The notes under the pieces are model-generated. The model was not told where the DNA came from and searched no databases. It was given only the letters and a program-made list of their open reading frames with translations. From positions 25,156-89,155 of the forward strand of contig JAZUDO010000012.1 in the NCBI GenBank assembly GCA_045639685.1: a stretch of DNA of 64,000 nt, read 5' to 3'. Each line of letters starts with the position of its first letter. Positions within the stretch are counted from its first letter, which is position 1. The translations under genes and the position numbers were made by a program. Shown here in pieces: positions 49,073 through 59,243 of the stretch. Origin of the DNA: Lachnospiraceae bacterium (GTDB lineage Bacteria; Bacillota; Clostridia; Lachnospirales; Lachnospiraceae).

Positions 49073-51760
49073 ATGGAAGAAAAAAGAAAATGGACATATG
49101 ATGCGTTTATAAGCTACAGGCATACAGAACCGGATGCTTTTGTGGCAGGTGCACTTCACAAGTATCTTGAATCATATAAGTTACCTTCGAATCTGAAGAA
49201 AGAAAAAGAACATAAAGGTGAGCCGTTAAAACGGGAAAAAATCAACAAAATATTCAGGGATGCCGAAGAGCTTCCTTTAACCAATAATCTCAATGATACG
49301 ATTATGGAAGCTATTAACGATTCGGAATATCTGATAGTCATTTGTTCACCAAGACTGCAGGAATCCTTGTGGTGCCGTAAGGAAATTGAGACATTTATTG
49401 AAAAGCGCGGTGTGGAAAATGTATTTGCGGTTCTTGTCGAAGGCGAGCCCTCGGAATCATTTCCCAAAGAATTGTTGTTCAGGAACAGGATTGTTGTTGG
49501 TCCCGATGGGACAGTGCAGACCATAACGGAGCCTGTTGAACCGTTGGCTGCAAATGTCAGGGGAAACAGCGATCGAGAAAGAATGAAATTGCTGAAGACC
49601 GAGGCACTGAGGCTTATGGCTCCTATTTTCGGATGTGGATTTGATGATCTGAAGCAGCGTCATCGTGAGCAGAAGATGAAGAGGACAATAAGGCTCGTAT
49701 CTGTTATTGCAATTGTTTGTTTTGCATTTGCAACCGTAAGTACCGGACTTGCTCTCAGAATCAGAAATCAGAATTCTTTGATTTCCAAACAAAATGAACA
49801 AATTACTAATCAGGCTGAGCAGATAGAGCAGCAATATCGTGAGGCATTGGTAAGCAATGCCATATCTAGCGGAGAAGTAGCTGAAGCCATGCTTGATAAA
49901 GGTGACAGATTCGGCGCAATATCAAAAATCATGGAAGTATATCCCGGTGCTGAAAATGAGTATCCTTATATCGGAAAAAACGAGAAGGTTTTGACTGATG
50001 CATTATGGCTTTATGAGGTTGGGAGTCGGTACAGGCCGGCGGCCAAAGTGTCGGCAAAAGCTGTTATAGATTATTGTATTTTGTCACCGGAAGGAACATA
50101 TGTCGCAGGTCTTGATAAGGCCAATAATCTGTACGTATGGGAAACTAAAAACGGGGAGCAGATTTTTTCTCTTCGAACCGATGAACCGGCTATGGATATG
50201 GGATGTCCGTTCTTTATGCCCAATGAAGATATTGTTGTAGCAATTATGGAGAACGGTATCAAGGGCTATGATATTCATTCGGGAGAGGAGATATATTCCG
50301 TTGAACTTAGCAGGGTATCGCAGTTAAGCGGAAGAAGTGACATATTTTTGGCAATCGGCTCACAGAAGGTTGTTGTTTGCAATTCTTCTGATGGGGCAAT
50401 TATTAAGGAATACGAATATACAGACGAGACATTTTCCGGCTTTAATGGGGAAAGCAACGGAGGAATTATAAATGGCAAAGTTGCGGTGGGACTTTCTGAT
50501 AACAGTTCTGATTATGCAGCATTTGCCATGACGATGGTTAATAATCCCAATTGTCACGTATATGTTATCGATACGAAGACAGGAGATATGATTCGCGAAT
50601 ATATAGTACCATACGGTGTTACAGATGCAGGAACTGCGTATGGGAATAAAGTGTACGTCGTAGTCGATGACAAAGCAGAGGATAATGGGCTAAAGCGAGT
50701 TCTTTACACTTATGATCTGCTTAGTGACAGAAGTGAACCAATCTGGGTTTACGAAGAAGAAAGTGGTTATATAACAAGTGTCGTTAAGACATTGAATGGC
50801 AAGTCGGATACTGTTGCGGTAGGATGTTATTCCGATGTTGTCCTGTTGGATGACAATGCAGGAACCTGTATTAATACATATCATACCGATGATAAAATCA
50901 TATCCATGTACGGATATGAAAATGTTGATAATTATATGGCAGTAACTGAGAGAGGAACATGGGGAATACTGTTGACGTCTGTCGATAAAATGTATTCCGG
51001 CAGTACATTTGAAAGTGTTACATCTGATGTAAGTAAATATGATTTGACCAATGGAATAGCCGTGGCATCGGAATCAAACAGCAATGATATTGTTATTTAC
51101 AGGATTGCAGAATGTGAAGATTCCGAATGTATTACCGCCTCCGAGGATGCGTTGACTGACATAGAATATGGTGAAGACCGTTCCTGCATATATGCTTATT
51201 CCAGTGGAAACAGATATGTTATTGATACAGATTCCAATACGCTTTCGGAACCTGAAGAATTGTCGAAAGAGATGAAGGATGATATGTATGCATTCTATTA
51301 CAGCGATGAAGAGGTTATGGCAGGCCTGGAGTGTCTGGGAATAGACCGTGATTATATCAATACTGCGGCATGGGATGATAAACACAGTTACTTTGCAGTT
51401 CAATACGGAGACCGGTCTTTGGAATTCTATAAAGCGGATGAAAATGGAAATATTGATTCGGTTGATTGTTCCGAACTGGTTTTGAATGAGACATGTGTGC
51501 TTGATAGTTTCTATGTTAATGATGAAGGTAACATGATGGTTATTAAGTCGTCAGATGGAATATACATATTGGATTTGAGGGATAAAAACGGTAACGTATG
51601 TATGCCTTCCGCAGATTCGGTAATGGCATATATATTCAAAGGAAAATTTGTTGATTTTGAGAACAATAAAGTATACATATTGAATCAGGGGGATATTCGA
51701 ATTGTCCCCTTCTCTAGCAGAGAAGAACTTGCGGTAAAGGCAATCGGGTATCTGAATTAG
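49073..51760 (+). CDS. TIR-domain protein with TM helix and C-terminal beta-propeller-like ectodomain
   Basis: YDAFISYRH, IFRDAEEL, SEYLIVICSP, SLWCRKEI; TM at about aa 206-228; coiled coil; LSPEGTYV...LYVWETKNG and GYDIHSGE-type blade repeats. Confidence 0.85.
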   Translation: MEEKRKWTYDAFISYRHTEPDAFVAGALHKYLESYKLPSNLKKEKEHKGEPLKREKINKIFRDAEELPLTNNLNDTIMEAINDSEYLIVICSPRLQESLWCRKEIETFIEKRGVENVFAVLVEGEPSESFPKELLFRNRIVVGPDGTVQTITEPVEPLAANVRGNSDRERMKLLKTEALRLMAPIFGCGFDDLKQRHREQKMKRTIRLVSVIAIVCFAFATVSTGLALRIRNQNSLISKQNEQITNQAEQIEQQYREALVSNAISSGEVAEAMLDKGDRFGAISKIMEVYPGAENEYPYIGKNEKVLTDALWLYEVGSRYRPAAKVSAKAVIDYCILSPEGTYVAGLDKANNLYVWETKNGEQIFSLRTDEPAMDMGCPFFMPNEDIVVAIMENGIKGYDIHSGEEIYSVELSRVSQLSGRSDIFLAIGSQKVVVCNSSDGAIIKEYEYTDETFSGFNGESNGGIINGKVAVGLSDNSSDYAAFAMTMVNNPNCHVYVIDTKTGDMIREYIVPYGVTDAGTAYGNKVYVVVDDKAEDNGLKRVLYTYDLLSDRSEPIWVYEEESGYITSVVKTLNGKSDTVAVGCYSDVVLLDDNAGTCINTYHTDDKIISMYGYENVDNYMAVTERGTWGILLTSVDKMYSGSTFESVTSDVSKYDLTNGIAVASESNSNDIVIYRIAECEDSECITASEDALTDIEYGEDRSCIYAYSSGNRYVIDTDSNTLSEPEELSKEMKDDMYAFYYSDEEVMAGLECLGIDRDYINTAAWDDKHSYFAVQYGDRSLEFYKADENGNIDSVDCSELVLNETCVLDSFYVNDEGNMMVIKSSDGIYILDLRDKNGNVCMPSADSVMAYIFKGKFVDFENNKVYILNQGDIRIVPFSSREELAVKAIGYLN

Positions 51761-51833
51761 CACGGAAGAAAAACAAAAAATGCTGTGTGTTGATACTTTA
51801 CAAAGCAACGCCCCTCATATATAATTTATTTGG

Positions 51834-51862
51834 CTTGTATACAAGTGGTGGTTGTATACAAG
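51834..51862. promoter_or_regulatory. Tandem GntR/FadR-type operators
   Basis: CTTGTATACAAG (51834) and TTGTATACAA (51852). Confidence 0.75.
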
Positions 51863-51887
51863 TAAGATTGGAATTGCGGAGGCGGTA

Positions 51888-52571
51888 ATGAGAGCAATAG
51901 ATAAACTTGCTACAGAGACTGCAAGAGAGTATGCATTAAGAGCAATTAAGGAGAATATCATTTCCCTTGATCTGGCACCCGGTACCGGAATCAGTGAAAA
52001 TGAAATAGCAGGATTTCTGGGGGTGAGCAGAACACCCGTAAGAGAATCGATACAGGAGCTTAACAAAGCTTCCATTATAGAGATATATCCACAGCGAGGA
52101 AGCTATGTGTCGCTGATTGATTCAAAGTATGTTGACGAAGCGGTATTTTTAAGAAGAGTGCTTGATACGGCAGTTATTGAAGAGGCCTGTGACATGGCAA
52201 CTGAAGCCGACATAGCAAAGCTGGAAGAGAATGTTGCTCTTCAGGAGTTCTATCTCCAGAATCTTTCAGCAGACAAGATATATGTACTCGACAATGAGTT
52301 TCATAAGATGATATATACGGCAGCCCAGAAGGAAACCGTGCATGCCATGAGATCCGCAGTCATGATTCATTTTGACAGGGTAAGATCCCTTTCCATGATG
52401 ACTGTAAAGGACACCAAGATTGTAAATGACCATCGACAGATGCTTGAGGCCATTAAGAGCAAGGACAAAGAACTTGCAAAGCAGCTTGTTGAGAAGCACC
52501 TCAACAGGTACAGAATTGATGAGGAAGAGATAAGGGCTCTTCACCCGGAGTATTTTAAGGTAGAAGAATAG
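51888..52571 (+). CDS. GntR family regulator (UxuR-like)
   Basis: LAPG..ISE.EIA..LGVSRTPVRE; heads the hexuronate locus. Confidence 0.9.
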   Translation: MRAIDKLATETAREYALRAIKENIISLDLAPGTGISENEIAGFLGVSRTPVRESIQELNKASIIEIYPQRGSYVSLIDSKYVDEAVFLRRVLDTAVIEEACDMATEADIAKLEENVALQEFYLQNLSADKIYVLDNEFHKMIYTAAQKETVHAMRSAVMIHFDRVRSLSMMTVKDTKIVNDHRQMLEAIKSKDKELAKQLVEKHLNRYRIDEEEIRALHPEYFKVEE

Positions 52572-52589
52572 AATATTGAATTTGTTTGT

Positions 52590-52630
52590 AAAAAAGTGCC
52601 AAATTCGAAATGTGAATTTGGTACTTTTTT
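52590..52630 (+). terminator. Intrinsic terminator after the GntR gene
   Basis: AAAAAGTGCCAAATTC...GAATTTGGTACTTTTTT. Confidence 0.8.
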
Positions 52631-52664
52631 ACGTTTAGACAAAAGAATACTTTTGTGCTAATAT

Positions 52665-52678
52665 ACTTGTATACTAGT
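52665..52678. promoter_or_regulatory. GntR operator at the ABC operon promoter
   Basis: ACTTGTATACTAGT, same core as the 51834 site. Confidence 0.7.
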
Positions 52679-52716
52679 AAATTACAAACACGTTTTTCAT
52701 AAAAAAGAGGTGTCAG

Positions 52717-53676
52717 ATGAGTTCAAGAACTAAGTTGCCAAAGGATCTTATTCCTAAGCAGAAAATTGATTGGAAAGTTTATATGAAGAGGTACTGGCAG
52801 TTATATGCACTGCTGCTTCTTCCAATGATTTATCTGCTGATATTTAAGTATGTTCCAATGAAATACATACTTATCGCATTTAAGAAATACAGTATCGTCC
52901 AAAAAGTCAGCGAAATGCCCTGGGCCAATAACCACGGTATGCAGTATTTTATCCAGGCCTTCCATACGCAGGATTTTTTAAACGCGTTAAGAAATACGGT
53001 CTTACTGAACCTTCTTGATTTGGTTATCGGTTTTCCGATTCCGATTATTTTTGCTTTAATCCTCAATGAGCTTCCCTTTAAAGGCTTCAAGAAGGCAGTA
53101 CAGACCATAGCGTATATGCCCCATTTCCTTTCATGGGTTATCATCTATGGCCTGGCTATTCAGATTTTTGCTCCGACCGGCGGTTTGCTCAATATGGTTC
53201 GTAATAATATCGGACTTGAGTCAATACCTTATCTGAATGATCCGCTAAGGTGGGTTGCAACCTATATACTGTTGGGTGTATGGCAAAGCTTCGGATGGAA
53301 TTCAATTGTATATCTTGCAGCAATTGCCGGAATATCGCCAGAGCTGTATGAAGCGGCTTCGGTTGACGGCGCGAGCAGATTCAGAAAGATATGGCACATT
53401 ACACTTCCGGGAATCAGAGGAACAATCGTTACACTGCTTGTCATGGCACTCGGTAACATTATCGGTTCCGGCTTCGACAGACCGTTTGCAATGCAGAACA
53501 ACCTGGTAATGAAGTATGCGGAAGTAATTTCAACATTTGTTTATAAGAACGGTATTAAGGGACTGCAGTTCTCACTGACAACAGCTGTTGGCTTGTTCCA
53601 GTCAGTTGTCGGAGTATTCTTCTTACTGTTGGCAAACTGGATCGCACGAAAACTCGGCGAGCGAGGAATTTGGTAG
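52717..53676 (+). CDS. Aldouronate-type sugar ABC transporter permease (LplB-like)
   Basis: YMPHFLSWV, GWNSIVYLAA, LYEAASVDGA, AVGLFQSV. Confidence 0.92.
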   Translation: MSSRTKLPKDLIPKQKIDWKVYMKRYWQLYALLLLPMIYLLIFKYVPMKYILIAFKKYSIVQKVSEMPWANNHGMQYFIQAFHTQDFLNALRNTVLLNLLDLVIGFPIPIIFALILNELPFKGFKKAVQTIAYMPHFLSWVIIYGLAIQIFAPTGGLLNMVRNNIGLESIPYLNDPLRWVATYILLGVWQSFGWNSIVYLAAIAGISPELYEAASVDGASRFRKIWHITLPGIRGTIVTLLVMALGNIIGSGFDRPFAMQNNLVMKYAEVISTFVYKNGIKGLQFSLTTAVGLFQSVVGVFFLLLANWIARKLGERGIW

Positions 53677-53689
53677 GAGGTGCATAAAG

Positions 53690-54625
53690 GTGAGTGATGA
53701 AATAAGAATTGATAAAAGAAGAGTCAGACCCACAGAAACCAATGACGCTTCCAGAATTATCAAATCCAGAGGAACAATGGTAGGCGATTATGCATTTGCT
53801 ACCGTTTGTATATTGATAAGTTTGATATGCCTAATTCCGATGATTAACCTTCTTTCAAGATCAATCTCCGGAACGGATTACTTGATAAGGCATGAGATAT
53901 ATCTCCTGCCAAAGGGACTTAATTTTGAAGCATATACAACCGTACTTGGAGATCCCAAATACATTCGTGCATTTGTATGGACCGCAATACTGACTGTTAT
54001 TTGTACGATTGTTTCATTGACGATGACAACGTTGTGCGCTTTCCCTCTTATTTTTGAAAAATTAAAGGGAAGAGGCGTCATCAACGTAATAATAACAATA
54101 ACCATGTTCTTTAACGCAGGAACAATCCCGAACTACTTACTTATGAAGGATTTGAACCTTTTGGATAATCCGCTGGTTTTGATTATTCCAAGCTGTTTAA
54201 GCGTTTACAACATGATTATTATGAGAAGCTTTTTCTACGGAATACCCGATTCACTCAGGGAATCCGCTGAAATAGACGGAGCATCGTTCTTTAAAATTCT
54301 TACAAAGATTTATCTGCCGCTTTCAAAGCCGGTATTTGCAACATTGGCTCTCTTCTATGCGGTAGGTCGTTGGAACGGTTATTCGGATGCTTTGATGTAC
54401 ATGAAGGATAAGGATTATTACCCGTTGCAGCTTTTACTTTATAACATTCTCAACAACATCAACCAGGTTGAGGTTGCTACACAGGAAGGTTTCTCTACAC
54501 CGGGATTAAGTGATTCACTTAAGGCGGCAATTGTAATGTTTTCTACGATTCCGATTTTGTGTATCTATCCGTTCCTTCAGAAGTATTTCATTCATGGCGT
54601 AACCCTTGGTGCGGTCAAGGAGTAA
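53690..54625 (+). CDS. Sugar ABC transporter permease (LplC-like)
   Basis: GTG start after AGGAGG; ESAEIDGAS, YAVGRWN, YPFLQKYF..GVTLGAVK. Confidence 0.92.
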   Translation: MSDEIRIDKRRVRPTETNDASRIIKSRGTMVGDYAFATVCILISLICLIPMINLLSRSISGTDYLIRHEIYLLPKGLNFEAYTTVLGDPKYIRAFVWTAILTVICTIVSLTMTTLCAFPLIFEKLKGRGVINVIITITMFFNAGTIPNYLLMKDLNLLDNPLVLIIPSCLSVYNMIIMRSFFYGIPDSLRESAEIDGASFFKILTKIYLPLSKPVFATLALFYAVGRWNGYSDALMYMKDKDYYPLQLLLYNILNNINQVEVATQEGFSTPGLSDSLKAAIVMFSTIPILCIYPFLQKYFIHGVTLGAVKE

Positions 54626-54705
54626 TAAAAACCGCGTTTGTCACGGAATATTCGGCATACGCCGATATTCATACATCATTATCCAAAATATATGGGAGGT
54701 AAACA

Positions 54706-56433
54706 ATGAAAAAGAAAGTTTTATCAGTAGTTCTCGCATGTGCAATGGTAGTTTCACTTGCAGCTTGCGGAAACAAACCTGCAGTTGAAACCGAACCTGT
54801 GGAAACACAGCCAACTGAAAAAGTTGATACAGAAGCTTTGGTTGAAGCTGCTGCAGAAGAAGATGCTGCAATTCCTGAACTTGTTGATGGAAAGTTTGCA
54901 GAGACAAGACACATCACAGTTGAGGTTTATGACCGTGGTAATGACGGCGGTTCAGATCCTACAAACAACATGTACACAGATTACATCAAGAAGGGTATGC
55001 TTGAAGATTACAACGTAGAAGTTGAATTCGTAGCAGTTCCTCGTTGGACAGAAACAGATGAAATCAACAACCTTCTTGCTGCAGGTACAGCACCTGACAT
55101 TTGCTTGACATATTCTTATCCTACAATTCAGACATATGCAGGCATGGGCGGTGTACAGGACCTTGCTCCACTTCTTGTACAGTACAGACCGGCACTTGAT
55201 AACCTTTACAACTGGCTTGGAAGCACAAACATTTACTGGAACCTTGATGATACAACAGGTACTATTTGGGCAATTGAAGGTAAGCGTGCAAACTCAAGAC
55301 GTATCCTTACATTCATGCGTCAGGACTGGTTAGATGCACTTAACCTTAAGGCTCCTACAACAAAGGAAGAGTTCTACAACTGCATTTGCGCATTCAGAGA
55401 TAACGCTGATACACTTCTTGGCGCAGACGCAAGCAAGATGATTCCTTTCTCAGTATCTTACGATGTAGGTTGGAGAGCAGCTCTTCTTATCGAGTCTTGC
55501 ATCGATCCTAAGATTACAGACAAAGAGTTCTATGTAAATGGTTTTGATGATAGAAAGCTTACACAGAACGGAACAAAGGAAGCTATCCGTACATTGAATG
55601 CTTGGTACAACGAAGGCTTACTTTGGAAAGATTTCGCTCTTTATTCTTCAGGCGATACAAATGAAGATGATATGATTAAAGCCGGCTACGTTGGAGCATT
55701 CCAGCACAACTGGGATTATCCTTTCAGAAACGGTGAAGATTCTATTCAGGCTAACCTTCAGAGAATGGTTGGACCGGATGCAAAATTCGTTGCAGTTGAC
55801 TGTTTCGAGAACGCAGATGGCGTAACACTTAAGTATGTTGACTCTACAGCAGGCGACAGAAAGATCTTCTTCCCTACAACAAATGATGAGCCACTTGCTT
55901 CATTACTTTACCTTGACTGGATTTCAGATCCTGAACATATTCAGTATCTCCAGATCGGTGACGAAGGTGTTACACATAATGTACTTCCTGATGGTGCAAT
56001 TGAAACAATCGCAGCTGAAGGTGATGCTATTATGAACTCAGGCCAGAACATTGATATTACTATTACATGTAACGGTCTTCATCTTATGGATGACAACTTA
56101 ACACTCCTTTCTTCAGCACACAACTATTCTAATGTTGATCCTGAAGATGTTTCATTGGCAATCACATTGTCAGAAGCAAACATGAAGCATGCAATCAACG
56201 TTAAGACTCCTCCGATTGCAGCAGAAGACGGTATGGGCGAAGCATTGGCAGCTAAGAGAGATATCGTTTACGATACAGCAGTAGTTGCAGATCCTGCAAA
56301 CTTCGATCAGGTTTGGGATGATGCTATAGCTGATTACCTTGCTTCAGGCGGACAGGCAATTATTGACGAACGTACTACAGCTTGGGAAGGTGTATACGGA
56401 GACGCAACAGCTGTTCCTGTAACAGAAGAATAA
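54706..56433 (+). CDS. Sugar ABC transporter substrate-binding lipoprotein
   Basis: Lipobox LAA-C; LAAGTAPD, RQDWLDALNL..PTT. Confidence 0.9.
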   Translation: MKKKVLSVVLACAMVVSLAACGNKPAVETEPVETQPTEKVDTEALVEAAAEEDAAIPELVDGKFAETRHITVEVYDRGNDGGSDPTNNMYTDYIKKGMLEDYNVEVEFVAVPRWTETDEINNLLAAGTAPDICLTYSYPTIQTYAGMGGVQDLAPLLVQYRPALDNLYNWLGSTNIYWNLDDTTGTIWAIEGKRANSRRILTFMRQDWLDALNLKAPTTKEEFYNCICAFRDNADTLLGADASKMIPFSVSYDVGWRAALLIESCIDPKITDKEFYVNGFDDRKLTQNGTKEAIRTLNAWYNEGLLWKDFALYSSGDTNEDDMIKAGYVGAFQHNWDYPFRNGEDSIQANLQRMVGPDAKFVAVDCFENADGVTLKYVDSTAGDRKIFFPTTNDEPLASLLYLDWISDPEHIQYLQIGDEGVTHNVLPDGAIETIAAEGDAIMNSGQNIDITITCNGLHLMDDNLTLLSSAHNYSNVDPEDVSLAITLSEANMKHAINVKTPPIAAEDGMGEALAAKRDIVYDTAVVADPANFDQVWDDAIADYLASGGQAIIDERTTAWEGVYGDATAVPVTEE

Positions 56434-56474
56434 TTTCTTCAAAGTTTTAATAATTTGAGTTTGAAGTAACTTTT

Positions 56475-56509
56475 AAGGAGCGCTCCATCGCCCGGTGGAG
56501 CGCTCTTAT
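56475..56509 (+). terminator. Strong hairpin (terminator or stabiliser) after the SBP gene
   Basis: GAGCGCTCCATCG-CC-CGGTGGAGCGCTC. Confidence 0.7.
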
Positions 56510-56625
56510 TAAGAAAAAATAAAGCATTTTTTGAGCCAAGAATAGCACTTTTCGAAATGAAGGTGAAAAGTGGGGTGTGGTATAATACCTATTTATGATG
56601 AAAAGAAAAAGGGAGATACAAAAAA

Positions 56626-57699
56626 ATGGAAATGACATTCAGATGGTTCGGAAGTGAATTTGACACAGTTAAGTTGTGGCAGATTCGCCAGATACCGGGA
56701 GTAACCGGTGTTATTACCACGCTTTATGATACTGTACCCGGTGAGGTATGGACAAGAGAAAAGATTCATGCATTAAAGGCAGAAGTTGAAGACGCAGGTC
56801 TTCACATAGCCGGTATTGAATCAGTTAATATTCACGACGCAATTAAGGTGGGAACACCTGACAGAGACAAGTATATCGATAACTATATTGAAACATTAAG
56901 AAACCTCGGCGAAGAAGATATTCATCTTGTATGCTACAATTTCATGCCGATATTTGACTGGACAAGAACTGAGCTGGCAAGAGTGAGAGCCGACGGATCT
57001 ACGGTTCTTGCGTACTCGCAGAAAGCAATAGACGGACTTAAGCCCGAGGATATGTTTGATTCCATTAATAAGGATTCCAACGGTGCGGTTTTACCGGGTT
57101 GGGAACCTGAAAGAATGGAGAAGATTAAAGAATTATTTGAAATGTACAAGGATGTGGATGATGAGAAGCTTTTTGATAATCTGAAATATTTCCTTGAAAG
57201 AATAATGCCTGTTTGTGATGAGTATGACATCAATATGGCAATACATCCGGATGATCCGGCCTGGTCGGTATTCGGACTTCCGAGAATTATTATCAATCTT
57301 CCAAATATTCAGAGAATGATGAAGATGGTTGATAACCCTCATAACGGCGTAACCTTCTGTGCCGGTTCCTACGGAACAAACAGAGAGAATGATCTTCCCG
57401 GTATGATTCGTGCTCTTAAGGGAAGAATCCATTTTGCCCATGTAAGAAACCTTAAGTTTAATTCAGACGGTGACTTTGAAGAGGCAGCACATCTTTCAAG
57501 TGACGGAAGCTTCGATCTCTACGAGATAATGAAGGCTTTGTATGATATAGGTTTTGAAGGCCCCATTCGTCCGGACCACGGTCGAATGATCTGGGGAGAG
57601 GTTGCAATGCCCGGCTACGGACTGTATGACAGGGCACTTGGCGCAACATACCTTAACGGCCTTTGGGAAGCAATAGATAAAAACGAAAAGAGAAAATAA
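56626..57699 (+). CDS. uxuA: Mannonate dehydratase
   Basis: MEMTFRWFG, CYNFMP, HPDDP, RPDHGR, PGYGLYDRALG. Confidence 0.97.
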   Translation: MEMTFRWFGSEFDTVKLWQIRQIPGVTGVITTLYDTVPGEVWTREKIHALKAEVEDAGLHIAGIESVNIHDAIKVGTPDRDKYIDNYIETLRNLGEEDIHLVCYNFMPIFDWTRTELARVRADGSTVLAYSQKAIDGLKPEDMFDSINKDSNGAVLPGWEPERMEKIKELFEMYKDVDDEKLFDNLKYFLERIMPVCDEYDINMAIHPDDPAWSVFGLPRIIINLPNIQRMMKMVDNPHNGVTFCAGSYGTNRENDLPGMIRALKGRIHFAHVRNLKFNSDGDFEEAAHLSSDGSFDLYEIMKALYDIGFEGPIRPDHGRMIWGEVAMPGYGLYDRALGATYLNGLWEAIDKNEKRK

Positions 57700-57725
57700 T
57701 AAAGCATATCGCTTTGGAGCAGAAT

Positions 57726-59243
57726 ATGATACTTACAGATAAAGGGTTAGAGGACAGAGAAGCCTGGTTGTCAAAGGGCTACAGTTTGCCGGAATTTGAC
57801 AGAGAGGCAGTCAGAAAAAATACAGTTGAAAATCCACGCTGGATTCATTTCGGTGCAGGTAATATTTTCAGGGCATTTCAGGCAAATGTATGTCAGAAGC
57901 TTCTGAATGACAAGGTTATTGATACAGGCCTTATTGTTGCCGAAGGTTATGATTATGAGATAGTGGAGAAATATAACAGACCTCATGATGACTTGAGTAT
58001 CCTGGTAACTCTTAAAGCTGACGGAACGGTTGAAAAGACTGTTGTAGGTTCAATTGTTGAATCCTGCATACTTGACGAAGACAATGAAAAGGAAATAGGA
58101 AGACTTCGTGAGATATTCAGAGCACCGTCATTACAGATGGTAAGCTTTACCATTACCGAAAAGGGATATAAGACACCTGCTTATATGAGCAAGGTAACAA
58201 GACTTTTGTATGAAAGATTTCTTGCAGGTGAGCTGCCTGTGGCAATGGTAAGTATGGATAACTGCTCTCATAACGGTGATAAGCTTTTTGAAGCTGTTAT
58301 TTCATTTGCAAAACAGTGGGAAAGTGAAGGAGTATGCAGTAAGGGATTTGTTGATTATGTAAGCAATCCTTCAAAGGTATCATTTCCACTTTCCATGATA
58401 GATAAGATTACTCCAAGACCGGATGCGGCTATAGAAAAACTTCTTGCCCAAGACGGTGTGGAGGACCTGGAACAGGTAACTACATCAAAAAATACATATA
58501 TTGCTCCTTTTGTTAATGCAGAGGAAACAGAATACCTTGTTATAGAAGATATTTTCCCGGCAGGAAGAGACGAACTGGAAAAGGGAGGACTAATATTTAC
58601 CGACAGAGAAACTGTCGACAAGACAGAAAAGATGAAGGTATGTACCTGCCTTAACCCGCTGCATACGGCGCTTGCTGTATTCGGATGCCTGCTTGGATAT
58701 ACATCAATTCACGAGGAAATGGACGACAGAGTGCTCAATAAACTGGTACACAGGCTGGGACTTGAGGAAGGAATGCCCGTTGTGGTTGATCCAAAGGTTC
58801 TTTCGCCCATGGATTTCATTGATGCTGTATTGCATAAGAGACTTCCGAATCCGTTTATGCCTGATACACCCCAGAGAATTGCCTGTGATACATCACAGAA
58901 GCTTCCTATTCGTTTTGGGGAAACAATAAAGGCTTACAGAAAAAGCGATGCTCTTTCAACAGAGAGCTTAAATCTTGTATCTCTTGTCCTTGCAGGCTGG
59001 TGCAGATATCTGCAGGGAGTTGATGATAACGGCAATAAGTTTGAACTGAGTCCGGATCCTCTTTTAGAGGAACTGGTTTGTATGGAACCCAAGGACATAT
59101 TGAAGCGGGAAGATATTTTCGCAGTCAATTTGTACGAAGATGCGATGGCAACGAAGATTCTGGGAATGTATGATGAGATGAATCAGGGTCCCGGAAGCGT
59201 CAGAAAGGTGTTGGAAAAATATGTGGACACAGTGTTGGCTTAA
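57726..59243 (+). CDS. uxuB: Mannitol dehydrogenase family, probable D-mannonate oxidoreductase
   Basis: WIHFGAGNIFRAF, FTITEKGY, SMDNC, MIDKITP, CLNPLHT, DTSQK; between uxuA and GH67. Confidence 0.8.
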   Translation: MILTDKGLEDREAWLSKGYSLPEFDREAVRKNTVENPRWIHFGAGNIFRAFQANVCQKLLNDKVIDTGLIVAEGYDYEIVEKYNRPHDDLSILVTLKADGTVEKTVVGSIVESCILDEDNEKEIGRLREIFRAPSLQMVSFTITEKGYKTPAYMSKVTRLLYERFLAGELPVAMVSMDNCSHNGDKLFEAVISFAKQWESEGVCSKGFVDYVSNPSKVSFPLSMIDKITPRPDAAIEKLLAQDGVEDLEQVTTSKNTYIAPFVNAEETEYLVIEDIFPAGRDELEKGGLIFTDRETVDKTEKMKVCTCLNPLHTALAVFGCLLGYTSIHEEMDDRVLNKLVHRLGLEEGMPVVVDPKVLSPMDFIDAVLHKRLPNPFMPDTPQRIACDTSQKLPIRFGETIKAYRKSDALSTESLNLVSLVLAGWCRYLQGVDDNGNKFELSPDPLLEELVCMEPKDILKREDIFAVNLYEDAMATKILGMYDEMNQGPGSVRKVLEKYVDTVLA

